Source: a virus (Duplodnaviria; Caudoviricetes). Taken from it: a stretch of 64,000 bases of DNA. The first letter of the stretch is position 1; every line of letters starts with the position of its first letter. The position numbers and the translations under genes are program-made. The stretch spans positions 5,657-69,656 of the IMG/VR virus record IMGVR_UViG_3300017774_005022; one strand, 5' to 3'. The notes under the pieces were generated by a model. That model ran no database searches. It was given only the letters and a program-made list of their open reading frames with translations, and was not told where the DNA came from. Positions 28,794 through 37,645 of this stretch are shown here, one piece after another.

Positions 28794-29473
28794 GACATGG
28801 CGAGCTTGACCAAAGTCGCGCTGGTCACAGCGAGGTTCCGGTCAATGCTAGCTAGGGATTCCTCGGCTTTCTTACGCTCGGCAGTCCGCTCGGGCTTCGC
28901 CTCTACGCGATCCAAGTAATCCTGCGGGATGAAGGCTCGCAGTTCTGCCCAACTTTTGAGGGCCGAGTTCAAAGACTTGGCCGATCTCAAGTAGGTTAAG
29001 ATATCTTGAGATATTTTAGCCCACTTGGCGTGGAGTTCTTCGTACTGCCGGAACTTATCGAATAGTTCTTTTAGTTTTCCGGATAGCTTGTCCTCATGTA
29101 TTTTGTAATCGTGCCCAGAAGTATGGCCCGGAGGTAGTAAGAAAGAAGCACCACTCTTTAAGTGTACTCTAATATCGTCGGTCTTTGGCTTCTCATCGGT
29201 CTTTGTCTCATCCTTGGTGCTTCTAGTAACCTCCATGCAAAGGTATGGACGATACGAATTTTTCAAATCCGTCATCCATTCTTTGGGCATTTGTTTCCTT
29301 AAGTCTACGTGTTTACCCCACACCAAGTTTGTTAGTTCCTCACTGTCTCCTTCTATTACGAATAGTTTTTCGTATTCGCAATTGCCAAGGTTGAGCTTGG
29401 TATCTCTGTCCCTCATGTTTTGAATGTGTGTGCAAACGTTTCCTGTCAACTCACTTGTTATTCTTACGTTCAT
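28790..29473 (-). CDS. Nmad5-like (nucleotide modification-associated domain 5) protein
   Basis: MNVRITSEL N-terminus and C-terminal ILTYLRSAKSLNSALKSWAELRAFIP pattern. Confidence 0.5.
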   Translation of the reverse strand: MNVRITSELTGNVCTHIQNMRDRDTKLNLGNCEYEKLFVIEGDSEELTNLVWGKHVDLRKQMPKEWMTDLKNSYRPYLCMEVTRSTKDETKTDEKPKTDDIRVHLKSGASFLLPPGHTSGHDYKIHEDKLSGKLKELFDKFRQYEELHAKWAKISQDILTYLRSAKSLNSALKSWAELRAFIPQDYLDRVEAKPERTAERKKAEESLASIDRNLAVTSATLVKLAMS

Positions 29474-29560
29474 ATATTTATCTTTCTTTTGTGTTTATGG
29501 TTTATGTTAAAGTCCCCTTTACCAAGGTTCGCCAGCAACGAAGGGGTGACGCTGTCAATG

Positions 29561-29584
29561 AAAACCGGAAGTACATCTTCCGGT
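29561..29584 (-). terminator. Possible intrinsic terminator after the DUF3150-like gene
   Basis: Perfect 8-bp stem ACCGGAAG-5 nt-CTTCCGGT followed by a short T run on the - strand. Confidence 0.4.
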
Positions 29585-29619
29585 AGGCCCGAGACACTCT
29601 TGGCTTGTCAAGTTACTAC

Positions 29620-30510
29620 TTAGGCTGCCTGTTGGGCTGCGTTACTACCGCCCCCGAATCCCATGGCTGCAAGAATATCTTCAGCTTTGGACTTGAGTTC
29701 GGCACGGACATCGGCATTGTCACGGACCTCTTCGATGTCGTAACCGCCGATCTCCTGCATGGCGCGAACCCGCAGCTTCTCAAGCTCATCGTCTTTGGTG
29801 ACGTTAAGATTGGGGATCAACTCGCAGAGTTCCCGCAGGTTGCCGATCAACGAAGCATGGATGCGGGTACCTTCCCGCTTCTTGTTGGCCTCAACCATGC
29901 GAGCAATGATGTGCTGCAGCCTGTCGGCCAAGCGGCGATACAGATCATTACGAGCCTCGTTGGTTGCATCCGCGACACGGAGATCCGTCTCGGCACGGAT
30001 CTGTGCAATCGCTTCTTCCGGCATGTCATCCAAGCGGAAGTCACGGCTGTCGGGCATCGGGTGGTAGGCAACCTTGACGTGGAACTTACCGCGAACCTCG
30101 CCAAGTGGCGGGTAGTCGGCAAGGTTTGCCATAGCTCCCAACTGCATTATCGCCTTGTCTCGGTGCTGTTCGTAGTTGCTGCAGAAGTTGTCGAACAGGG
30201 AGTTCAACTCGTCGAGACGCCCTCGCATTTCATCGGTGAACTTGTCCCACTGTGCGACAGGCAGGAGACGCACGGCGTCATCGCCCCACGGCAGGGTGTT
30301 TTGGTAGAACCAAGTACGCAGCGCAGCGGCTTCGGCTTGGATAGGTTTGATACTCTCCTCGGGGAGGATGTTCTTCACGAACGCGCCAGCATTGTGTGAG
30401 GCGTTCTTGCTGATCAAGACCTCACGTGTGATGGTGCGGTCGGTTTTCTTGGGGTTGAATAGCCCAATGGATAGGCTGGTCAACATTGCTTGATTACGGA
30501 TTGTGCTCAT
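29620..30510 (-). CDS. DUF3150-like protein (AAA/vWA module partner)
   Basis: AMLTSLSIG...KKTDR...FYQNTLPWGDDAVRLLP...LADYP...VRGKF...P.PDSRDFR. Confidence 0.6.
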   Translation of the reverse strand: MSTIRNQAMLTSLSIGLFNPKKTDRTITREVLISKNASHNAGAFVKNILPEESIKPIQAEAAALRTWFYQNTLPWGDDAVRLLPVAQWDKFTDEMRGRLDELNSLFDNFCSNYEQHRDKAIMQLGAMANLADYPPLGEVRGKFHVKVAYHPMPDSRDFRLDDMPEEAIAQIRAETDLRVADATNEARNDLYRRLADRLQHIIARMVEANKKREGTRIHASLIGNLRELCELIPNLNVTKDDELEKLRVRAMQEIGGYDIEEVRDNADVRAELKSKAEDILAAMGFGGGSNAAQQAA

Positions 30511-30545
30511 ATGTTTATTGTATTTTGGGTTTGTGTTAAGGAGAC

Positions 30546-30588
30546 CCCTTGAGCCGCAAGCATTGGCTCATCGGCTCAAGGGATCAAG
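30546..30588. repeat. 11-bp inverted repeat plus tandem GGnTCAAG octamers
   Basis: CCCTTGAGCCG (30546-56) / CGGCTCAAGGG (30572-82), then GGATCAAG; intergenic. Confidence 0.8.
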
Positions 30589-30595
30589 GAATTAC

Positions 30596-31795
30596 TCAGC
30601 TATCCGCACTGTTGATGCGGACTACTTGGCCAAACGGATAGTCGGTGCCTCCGTAGTCGACCCAGATCACCGGATAGCCGGGATGCTCAGTCGGGAAGGC
30701 TCCGTAACCATCGGTGAAGTAGACCACTGCTTCAGGCGAATCGGGCAGAGACTTGACCCTGTCGAAGACAGGACGGAAGTCTGTGCCGCCACCACCCTTG
30801 GCAGTGAAGTCTCGAAGGTTGTCGCCGTAAGCGAACTCGCGTTCTTGATTGATCGCGGCATCGCAGTCGATGACAATGATCTTCTCTGGCTTGACGGTGT
30901 CCAAACAATACTGAACCTCCGCCATGAACTTGCCCAACATCTCGTTGGTTACCGAACCAGATGTATCCAAGGCAACAACGAAGGTGCCGACACGCTCGCT
31001 GTATAGAGTAGGCAGGAAGATGTCCTCCTCCATGAAGCGGCGATCGGGTCGTGTCTCATCGTAGTCATCGTTGGATGGAGCAGACAGCAATTCGCGCAGA
31101 ACCTCGCGCCAGTCTTGTGTGCCCTTGAGGTGTCGCTCGATAGCGCGGGTCATACTACCCGACTCGCGGCCCCGCAACTTGGAGGCGTTGATACCTTCAA
31201 CGGCTCGCTGACGCCAGTCCTCCTCGGTATTGCCATCGTCGGCAGCTGGGTCCGTGAAGTCGCCCATGCCACCGCTCTCGGCATCACCGCCGCCTCTACC
31301 GCCACCGCCACCGCCACCATCGGGGGGATCGGGCAGGAGATTGTATACTTCCTCCTCGGCCATGTTGTCGTATTTGGAATCAAGCAACCCGCCCTCGGGC
31401 AGCTTGAAGGGGGCGTGTCTACTGGCAGCAACCTCGTCCTCATTGTATTTCATGAGGTAGTTGTTGATCACGTAGTCCGTAGCGTAGTTCCACTTCTTCA
31501 TCTTGCGGCTGCCCTTGCGCCACAGATGGCCGAACGCCAAGTGAAGAACCTCGTGAGCGAGGACAGTCAGCAACTCGGTATCGTCGAGCGTGGCACAGAA
31601 GTCCGGATTGTATCGCATGCTTACACCATCCACACAGAATGTGGGGACGGCGTAGTCCTGCTTGACTCGCATCTTGAGTGCCAGCGCAGCGAAGAACGGA
31701 TGGTCTAATACCATCTTGACTACTGATTTCTCTACGCGCAGGGCTTCGTCATTGGCGTTGGCTTTCTTGCGGGGTTTTGTATTTGGATTACTCAT
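30596..31795 (-). CDS. Metallopeptidase + vWA domain protein (DUF2201-like)
   Basis: LAHEVLH...NYATDYVIN zincin half, G-rich linker, then VALDTSGS MIDAS, DCDAAI, GGGGTDFRPVF, VYFTDGYG. Confidence 0.9.
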   Translation of the reverse strand: MSNPNTKPRKKANANDEALRVEKSVVKMVLDHPFFAALALKMRVKQDYAVPTFCVDGVSMRYNPDFCATLDDTELLTVLAHEVLHLAFGHLWRKGSRKMKKWNYATDYVINNYLMKYNEDEVAASRHAPFKLPEGGLLDSKYDNMAEEEVYNLLPDPPDGGGGGGGRGGGDAESGGMGDFTDPAADDGNTEEDWRQRAVEGINASKLRGRESGSMTRAIERHLKGTQDWREVLRELLSAPSNDDYDETRPDRRFMEEDIFLPTLYSERVGTFVVALDTSGSVTNEMLGKFMAEVQYCLDTVKPEKIIVIDCDAAINQEREFAYGDNLRDFTAKGGGGTDFRPVFDRVKSLPDSPEAVVYFTDGYGAFPTEHPGYPVIWVDYGGTDYPFGQVVRINSADS

Positions 31796-31974
31796 AGTGT
31801 TTTTCCTTTCGATGGTGCTGATGTTACGATGCCGCGAGCGACTGAACGTGCGCCCGCTTCTACCTTGTCCAAGGTCTCTTGCGAGACTCGGGTGAACTCA
31901 TGTGCGCGAGTGGCTTTAGCCATCTCCAGCATATACTTCTTGACTTTGCTTTTGTTGGTTACGTTGTTACTCAT
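31792..31974 (-). CDS. Histone-fold protein (bacterial/archaeal-type, 60 aa)
   Basis: SKVKK helix 1, L1 TRVS, 26-aa helix 2 (QETLD...IVTSA), L2 GKTL; ATGA overlap with the vWA gene. Confidence 0.6.
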   Translation of the reverse strand: MSNNVTNKSKVKKYMLEMAKATRAHEFTRVSQETLDKVEAGARSVARGIVTSAPSKGKTL

Positions 31975-32114
31975 AGTTTAATTAGGTTTAGGATTGATGT
32001 TACTTTGATTACTTCGATGACAACCCACACGCGAAGGGCAATGGATACCATTGACGAGAGGGTGATGACTGAATAGGTAGCAAAGAAGTTTACTACGTTG
32101 TTTAGGGTTTCCAT
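31971..32114 (-). CDS. 47-aa hydrophobic protein
   Basis: METLNNVVNFFATYSVITLSSMVSIALRVWVVIEVIKV...; coupled to the histone-fold gene. Confidence 0.45.
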   Translation of the reverse strand: METLNNVVNFFATYSVITLSSMVSIALRVWVVIEVIKVTSILNLIKL

Positions 32115-32166
32115 GGAGTGGTAGTCCCCTGCAACAGGGTTAGCTGCTACAGGGGACCAAGGGTTC

Positions 32167-33210
32167 CTAGGATCCAAGGATCACGCTGCTGTTATCGGAT
32201 GCCCATTGTTGGAACGCAGGGTTCTTGAACGGAGCATCGGGTCCGGTCTTCTGCTGCATGGCGAGCTTGACACACAAGACCTCGACAGGCTTCTGCAATC
32301 GGGTCACGTAACGGAGGACGCGATCGAAGTTCTTGGCTGTCGACTTGTTGGACAAGGCAACAGACAAGGCATACTGAACGGACGGCTCGGTCGGAACGTC
32401 AGCCGTGTCGGGCGTCATCAAGATCGCATTGACATCGGGCAGGTCGTTGTAGACAGAGCAGAATCCAGCGAACTGCGAACCAATCGCAGGGCCAATGAGA
32501 CCTGCAATCATCGCTGAACGCACACTGGTCGTGGACTTCTTGCCATTGGACAAGAAGTTGGACACGAACTCCCAAGAGCGGGGTGAGGCGAACGCACCAC
32601 CCTGCCACTCCGCGCCGTTGAAATCCGACAGATGGCCGGGGCACATCTGCAGATAGGCGATGATCATGGGATTGAGGTTGGCACTCAAGGCCCAGCTGGT
32701 CCACTCATCGGTGTCGACACGCATGGTGATGTCGACCAAACGATTCTGTGTTGCGCTGGAGATACGCTCAACGTGAGCGCGATCCATGGCGCGGTTACCA
32801 GCGAGGACGATAAGCGTATCGTCGGGCACAGCGTAGTCACCAATGCAGCGGTCAAGCAGCAACTGGAGACTGGCATTCTGTGTAGCCTTCGGTGCGCAAG
32901 GGAACTCGTCCAGCAGCCAGACATTGCCAGCTTCGGTCGGGTAGTCGCTAGGCACACCGAACTTCATGAGCGGCGAGGCACCAGTGCGATCGAGGTAGGG
33001 GAAGCCACGGACATCGGTCGGTGCAGCATACGACAGACGAGTGTCGGTGAACCTGCGCGACTTGTTGTCCGAGAACTGCCGAATGACTGTGCTCTTACCC
33101 ACGCCGGGAGGGGCTTGAATAAAGGGCACGAGGTTTGACAACAGACAGTGGTCAAGAACTTCCATAAGCTCTGATGGTTTGATTGTGATTTGTGTAACTT
33201 TATTACTCAT
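32167..33210 (-). CDS. MoxR-type AAA+ ATPase
   Basis: QAPPGVGKST Walker A, VWLLDEF Walker B, LAGNR, SPRSW; ATG33210 follows an A-rich leader. Confidence 0.9.
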   Translation of the reverse strand: MSNKVTQITIKPSELMEVLDHCLLSNLVPFIQAPPGVGKSTVIRQFSDNKSRRFTDTRLSYAAPTDVRGFPYLDRTGASPLMKFGVPSDYPTEAGNVWLLDEFPCAPKATQNASLQLLLDRCIGDYAVPDDTLIVLAGNRAMDRAHVERISSATQNRLVDITMRVDTDEWTSWALSANLNPMIIAYLQMCPGHLSDFNGAEWQGGAFASPRSWEFVSNFLSNGKKSTTSVRSAMIAGLIGPAIGSQFAGFCSVYNDLPDVNAILMTPDTADVPTEPSVQYALSVALSNKSTAKNFDRVLRYVTRLQKPVEVLCVKLAMQQKTGPDAPFKNPAFQQWASDNSSVILGS

Positions 33211-33272
33211 ATGTTTTTTATTTTGTTTGTTTGTGTTGGTGCAAGGCAATCATTTGATTGCTTGCGAAAGGT

Positions 33273-33986
33273 TCATTTCTCTTTTAGTTTCTTGAGGACT
33301 TCTCTTGCTTTGATGTTCATCTTGGCGTCTGTAACCCAGTTGTCCAAGTCGGACGCCGACACTTGTTGGCCGACATAGGTTCCGAGTTGGACATACTCAT
33401 CGACTACACACTTCAAGCCCAAGCTGGAATGACCCATGGTCCAGCTGCCTGTCCAACCGCCAATACATGCGAGACGTTCGCGGAACGATTCGACATAGGC
33501 TGGCCAGTTGTTGGGTATGTCGGATGGCATGACATCCATGAGATGGTCGGGGACGAAGGCGAACTGATCGGTTCCCTCCGCACCCCTGCCGAACACATTC
33601 TGACCATCGGTGAGGATTTTGAACAGTTCGGAACGGCAACGCGCCGTCATCGAGTCGCTACCTTGGTAGTTGATCAGCCAGAAAGGCTTGTCTTTACTGC
33701 CAATAAACTTGGACAGCTTGAACAGATCGTAGCATCTAATGATCCGGCCTAGCGATTCGATCTTACGAACTTGATCCGAACTCGGGTGCATTCTGGAGTA
33801 TGTATAAGCGTGTTCGGGGTCACGCTTCCATTGGGTGACCACATCACCACTGGCCTCGACAGTCTTGACCCTTACATCGGGATCGTTGTCGGGATCGTCG
33901 GAGATTGAGATTCGTCTGATCCATTCATACAGACACGTGTGGTTTCCGAATACTAACTTGGGTCGTTTGGCTTTTTTGGTTTTCAT
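33273..33986 (-). CDS. Hypothetical early protein (237 aa)
   Basis: Coupled ORF in the early operon. Confidence 0.6.
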   Translation of the reverse strand: MKTKKAKRPKLVFGNHTCLYEWIRRISISDDPDNDPDVRVKTVEASGDVVTQWKRDPEHAYTYSRMHPSSDQVRKIESLGRIIRCYDLFKLSKFIGSKDKPFWLINYQGSDSMTARCRSELFKILTDGQNVFGRGAEGTDQFAFVPDHLMDVMPSDIPNNWPAYVESFRERLACIGGWTGSWTMGHSSLGLKCVVDEYVQLGTYVGQQVSASDLDNWVTDAKMNIKAREVLKKLKEK

Positions 33987-35318
33987 TTTTGTATACTTTT
34001 AGGGTCTTTCACCCATTCGATCTCGATACCTAGGTCGATCAGCGCGTCGAGATCGCGATGGTCGATAGTTTTGCGGCGGGTCAATACCTCAAGAGGCTTG
34101 ACCATGTCTCCGACTGGGTAGATGGTCTGCCGTCCGTAGACGGAACGTTCAAACAGTTTCAGTTTCACAGGCACAGAGGCTCAAGGGTTCAAGGTTGAGG
34201 TTCTTACGGATTGGATACTCCTCGATCGACTCGGCGAGTTCCATGGCGTAAGCCATCTTGTTGTTGAGGCAACGCCCCCTATGCTGGTAGGGGATGTCCA
34301 ACTCTACGAGATCGCAGAGTTCACGTATCGTGTTAACCAATGCTTGGGTGTGTTCTTCCATACTTTATTCCTCCGTGTTGTTTGTTTGTTGTTCGTCGTA
34401 GGGCGAGGGCATTGTGGTCCAGACAGCATCTTCGTTGTCGAGATCACAACTCCACGCCATAAGTTTAGAGTAGACCGGATACAGCCACGACAGACCTGCG
34501 TAGTTGAATATGGGGTAGCTGATCCAGTCGCCGAGTTTGTAGCAGATATGTGCCAGTATGATTCGAGGTTTCATAGTTTAGTAGGTTTGGTCTAGCTGCT
34601 CCACGTAGGAGCGCATCGAGTTGTTTAGTTGTGTTTCGTCAATGGCTAAATGCATGGCCCGAACGTAGGGATCACCCTCGGGCTGATACATGGTGACGAT
34701 ACGGAATCCAGATAGCTGGGAGCCAAGGACGAGGAGCTTGAGCCCCACGGACTGGCTGACTTTGGAGTAGAGATCGCTTAACATGATGATAGTTTATGGT
34801 CCTTGGCCATACGCAGGCACACCTTGTCGAGATAAACTTCCGGATTGTGGGAGTCCAACTTGCGGTAGACTTCCTCGATGAGGATGCTGTGTATCTCTTC
34901 GCAGGATGTTTCGTTGGCGATCTCAAGCTGCAGATTGAGCGGCTTGAGGGTTACGTTGATGTCGTATTTCATAGTTAGGGTGTAGGGATTAGCCAGTTTA
35001 CTAGTGCCATGAACCCAAGGAGCAGGAGTCCAAGGGCCACAATGGCGTTGAAGGATGGGTTGTTTATCTTCATTTGACGGTGCCTATAATGTTGGAAAGA
35101 CCCTTGTAGAATGGGTCGAGTTTTTCGAGTTCTTCGAACACTTGTTTCAAGTCGGTTAGTCTGCCTTGAGGTATGGAGATCAAAGCTCGGTGACCGTGAC
35201 CGTTCTCCAAAACCGCAAAACATTCCAGCATGGAGAAAACGCACAGGTTACGCGCTTTGTGTTCAAGGGATTCAAGTTTGGATTGCTTTTCTTCTTCTGT
35301 TTGTTTTATTTTTTTCAT
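33983..35318 (-). CDS. Run of ~7 small early hypothetical genes (33983-34174, 34149-34361, 34365-34574, 34578-34784, 34778-34972, 34975-35073, 35070-35318)
   Basis: Head-to-tail short ORFs with overlapping or abutting start/stop codons; the first has an RSVYGRQTIYP...KTI...L..LG motif common in phage early genes. Confidence 0.55.
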
Positions 35319-35322
35319 GGTT

Positions 35323-35925
35323 TTATTGTTCGGTTAGTTTGAGCAGAACGAGGGTCGCTTGCACGTCCTCGGGTAGCTCCGGTGTTGTGGTGATTCCATA
35401 CTCGGCCAATTTCTTGGCGAATCTGGAAACGAAGGTGTTGCGCTCCACAATCCACTCGTTGGCGAAGCGGAGACCCTGCGTCCGAGACCAGTCGGACCTT
35501 GCTCGCTTGGCTTTCAACGCGCACTTGCGTATTCTTTCGTGGTAGTAGGCGAGGACTCTGTCAGCCGAGACATCCGGAAGCCACGCACTGTCCGCATAAG
35601 ACAGCCGCAGCACGGCTATTTTCTGCAAGATTTTGGAGTTCACGAATCGGTAGCCCATTGTGTTGGCGTAGCTGTAAGCCAATCTCCGAGCTTGCTGTTG
35701 GTGTCTCGACGTGGTGTTGGAGTGCGTGTCTTCGTTGACTGTGAAGGTCGCGTATTCCGGAATCCATCGGATCAAGGGGTAGTGGTCTCCGTAGGAATAC
35801 ATGACGTGTTTATCTGCATAGACCTTGCGGCCCTTGGAATAGACGTTGAGGTTCGAGACGTTGAACATTAACCGATTGAGCCACATTTCTATGGCTTCAT
35901 GCGGTGTATTGAATGCAAACTTCAT
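35323..35925 (-). CDS. Early hypothetical protein (YSYG.HYP...HS.TTSRHQ family)
   Basis: Motif YSYGDHYPL...SNTTSRHQ, recurrent in phage early regions. Confidence 0.65.
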   Translation of the reverse strand: MKFAFNTPHEAIEMWLNRLMFNVSNLNVYSKGRKVYADKHVMYSYGDHYPLIRWIPEYATFTVNEDTHSNTTSRHQQQARRLAYSYANTMGYRFVNSKILQKIAVLRLSYADSAWLPDVSADRVLAYYHERIRKCALKAKRARSDWSRTQGLRFANEWIVERNTFVSRFAKKLAEYGITTTPELPEDVQATLVLLKLTEQ

Positions 35926-36163
35926 GGGATCAAGGAACCAAGGGAGAACGTCAGCGGTTCGAGCTTTGGTTCGGGAGTCAGCAGGTTGGTGACTGGCCTG
36001 TGCATGATGTCCTCCGCGAACTTCGCGGCGAGCATTTCCTCACGTGTCAGTTTCTTGAGCGCGGCCCGAGTCATGGACTCCGGAGAAGGCAGCGAGGTGT
36101 GACGATGCAGTTGTTTCATTGTTGTGTTTCGTTGTTGCTGTTGCTGGAGAGGCCAGCGGAAAG

Positions 36164-36237
36164 TGGAGCACCTTGTCGGAATCGAACCGACGATGAGACT
36201 TTTGCAGGGTCTTGCCTTACCACTTGGCTAAAGGTGC
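36164..36237 (-). tRNA. tRNA-Cys(GCA) with encoded CCA
   Basis: GCACCTT/AAGGTGC acceptor stem, D arm GCC-AAGTGGTAA-GGC, anticodon loop CT-GCA-AA, T arm GTCGG-TTCGATT-CCGAC, U73 discriminator, CCA; one C-A mismatch in the anticodon stem. Confidence 0.93.
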
Positions 36238-36243
36238 AGGAAG

Positions 36244-36483
36244 TTAGTTGAGCAGGAACAGGGGTTTCTCCTCGGATGGCCGTTCGTCAATGAGGTTTAG
36301 CCCCAATGTGAGCATGAGTCGAGCGACTAAGGCACAGTGGTTGTAGTGTTCTTCGATGTCCGAGTTGTTGATCGTGGACAGGGATTTCTCGGCCAGTTCA
36401 CAATAGGTGTTGTAGTATTCATCGGGCACGCCTGTCGTGTTGATGATGTCGATTACTCTGTTGAGGATGGTATCAGCGTTCAT
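36244..36483 (-). CDS. Hypothetical early protein (79 aa)
   Basis: ORF from ATG36483. Confidence 0.45.
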   Translation of the reverse strand: MNADTILNRVIDIINTTGVPDEYYNTYCELAEKSLSTINNSDIEEHYNHCALVARLMLTLGLNLIDERPSEEKPLFLLN

Positions 36484-36667
36484 TGGAGTGTTAGGCGGCG
36501 AGACGTTTGAGCAGGATTGCCCAGCTTCCGACAGGTATGCACTGGTTGGTGCCATCGTTGGTGCGGACAGTGATGCAACGGAGGACGTGTTCGCGTCTGC
36601 GTCTATTGCCTTCGATGACTGCTTTGATCCGCTTAATGTTATTCATTATGTTATTTTTGTTCATGGT

Positions 36668-37003
36668 TTAGTGTTGTAGCACGGGTGAATAGGCGGGAGG
36701 GTTACAGTGCCAGCACCGCTTGGGCAGGGCCTTGATACTGGCAAGGATGTCCGCGACTTCCGAGAAATCTAGAAATCCGGAAACATCGGAACGGCTTGAG
36801 GTTGGGGCATCGTAAACGATCTGGTCGGTATCCGCATTCATCACGGCGACCTCGAACAAGCCGTCATGACCTCCGTAAGAGTGGGCATGCGACACGATGG
36901 AGACAGCATAGCCATTGTCGAAGGCTACGCGCTTGTAGTAGAGGCCGCACTCCCCGAGATAAAAGGGCACGACTTCTTTGGAGAACCCGAAGGGTTTATT
37001 CAT
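36668..37003 (-). CDS. Conserved phage early protein (FDNGY.VS...SYGG..GLFEVAV family)
   Basis: Recognisable motif, widespread in phages. Confidence 0.7.
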   Translation of the reverse strand: MNKPFGFSKEVVPFYLGECGLYYKRVAFDNGYAVSIVSHAHSYGGHDGLFEVAVMNADTDQIVYDAPTSSRSDVSGFLDFSEVADILASIKALPKRCWHCNPPAYSPVLQH

Positions 37004-37088
37004 TGCTGGTTGGTTTCTAATGTGCGAGGGCAGACTCGCGGGAAAGTGTTTGACTCTGTAGATCAGGGATCATAGGTTCAAGGGATCA

Positions 37089-37595
37089 ATGGCTAAAACG
37101 AAGATAGCGAGAGAGACTTGGCTTGCAGTTAAGACGTGTTACCTTGCTGGAATGTCCACAAATGATATTGCGGACAAGTTCGGAATTAACAGAGATACCA
37201 TCACTACCAAGACGTGGAAGGCAGGATGGAATAAGCTACGGAAGTTGCCGGATAGTCAACCAGTAGAGAAGGGAATGGTAGAGAAGGTTGCCGACATGCT
37301 GGAAGAAGACTGGAAGACTAAAGGCTCGGCACACAGACGATTGGTGTTCGACAAGGCGAATTCTGCGCTGCGCGAGGCCAACATTCCAGCCCCGAGGACT
37401 TGGAAGGATGCCCAGATCGCGGATTCCATGGCTCGAAAGGCTGCTGGCCTCGAAGATTCAGAGAATACCAAGAGCACGATCGTGAATGTTGGTTGGCTGC
37501 AGCAGACAGCTGGAGGTGCCGTGACGAAGATAGACATTGAATCCGAGATCATCGACGCAGAAGTGGTCGAAGAGACGGCGATTCTGTCAGATTAG
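37089..37595 (+). CDS. Putative terminase small subunit (N-terminal HTH)
   Basis: W..VKTCYLAGMSTNDIADKFGINRDTI...KAGW, helical middle, acidic IIDAEVVEE tail; the only + strand gene in the early region. Confidence 0.65.
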   Translation: MAKTKIARETWLAVKTCYLAGMSTNDIADKFGINRDTITTKTWKAGWNKLRKLPDSQPVEKGMVEKVADMLEEDWKTKGSAHRRLVFDKANSALREANIPAPRTWKDAQIADSMARKAAGLEDSENTKSTIVNVGWLQQTAGGAVTKIDIESEIIDAEVVEETAILSD

Positions 37596-37645
37596 GGTCG
37601 AAGGTCTGACAACGGACTCTGTTACCCCTACGGATTTGAAATCCG

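Noticed and set aside
29605-33138. Long + strand ORFs (29605-30399, 30503-31006, 31115-31708, 32632-33138)
   Set aside because: Antisense shadows of the GC-rich DUF3150/vWA/AAA genes; no motifs of their own.
36164-36237. tRNA-Cys as attP core
   Set aside because: It is a complete tRNA 15 kb from the integrase, with no duplicated 3' fragment; cannot be supported without a host genome.
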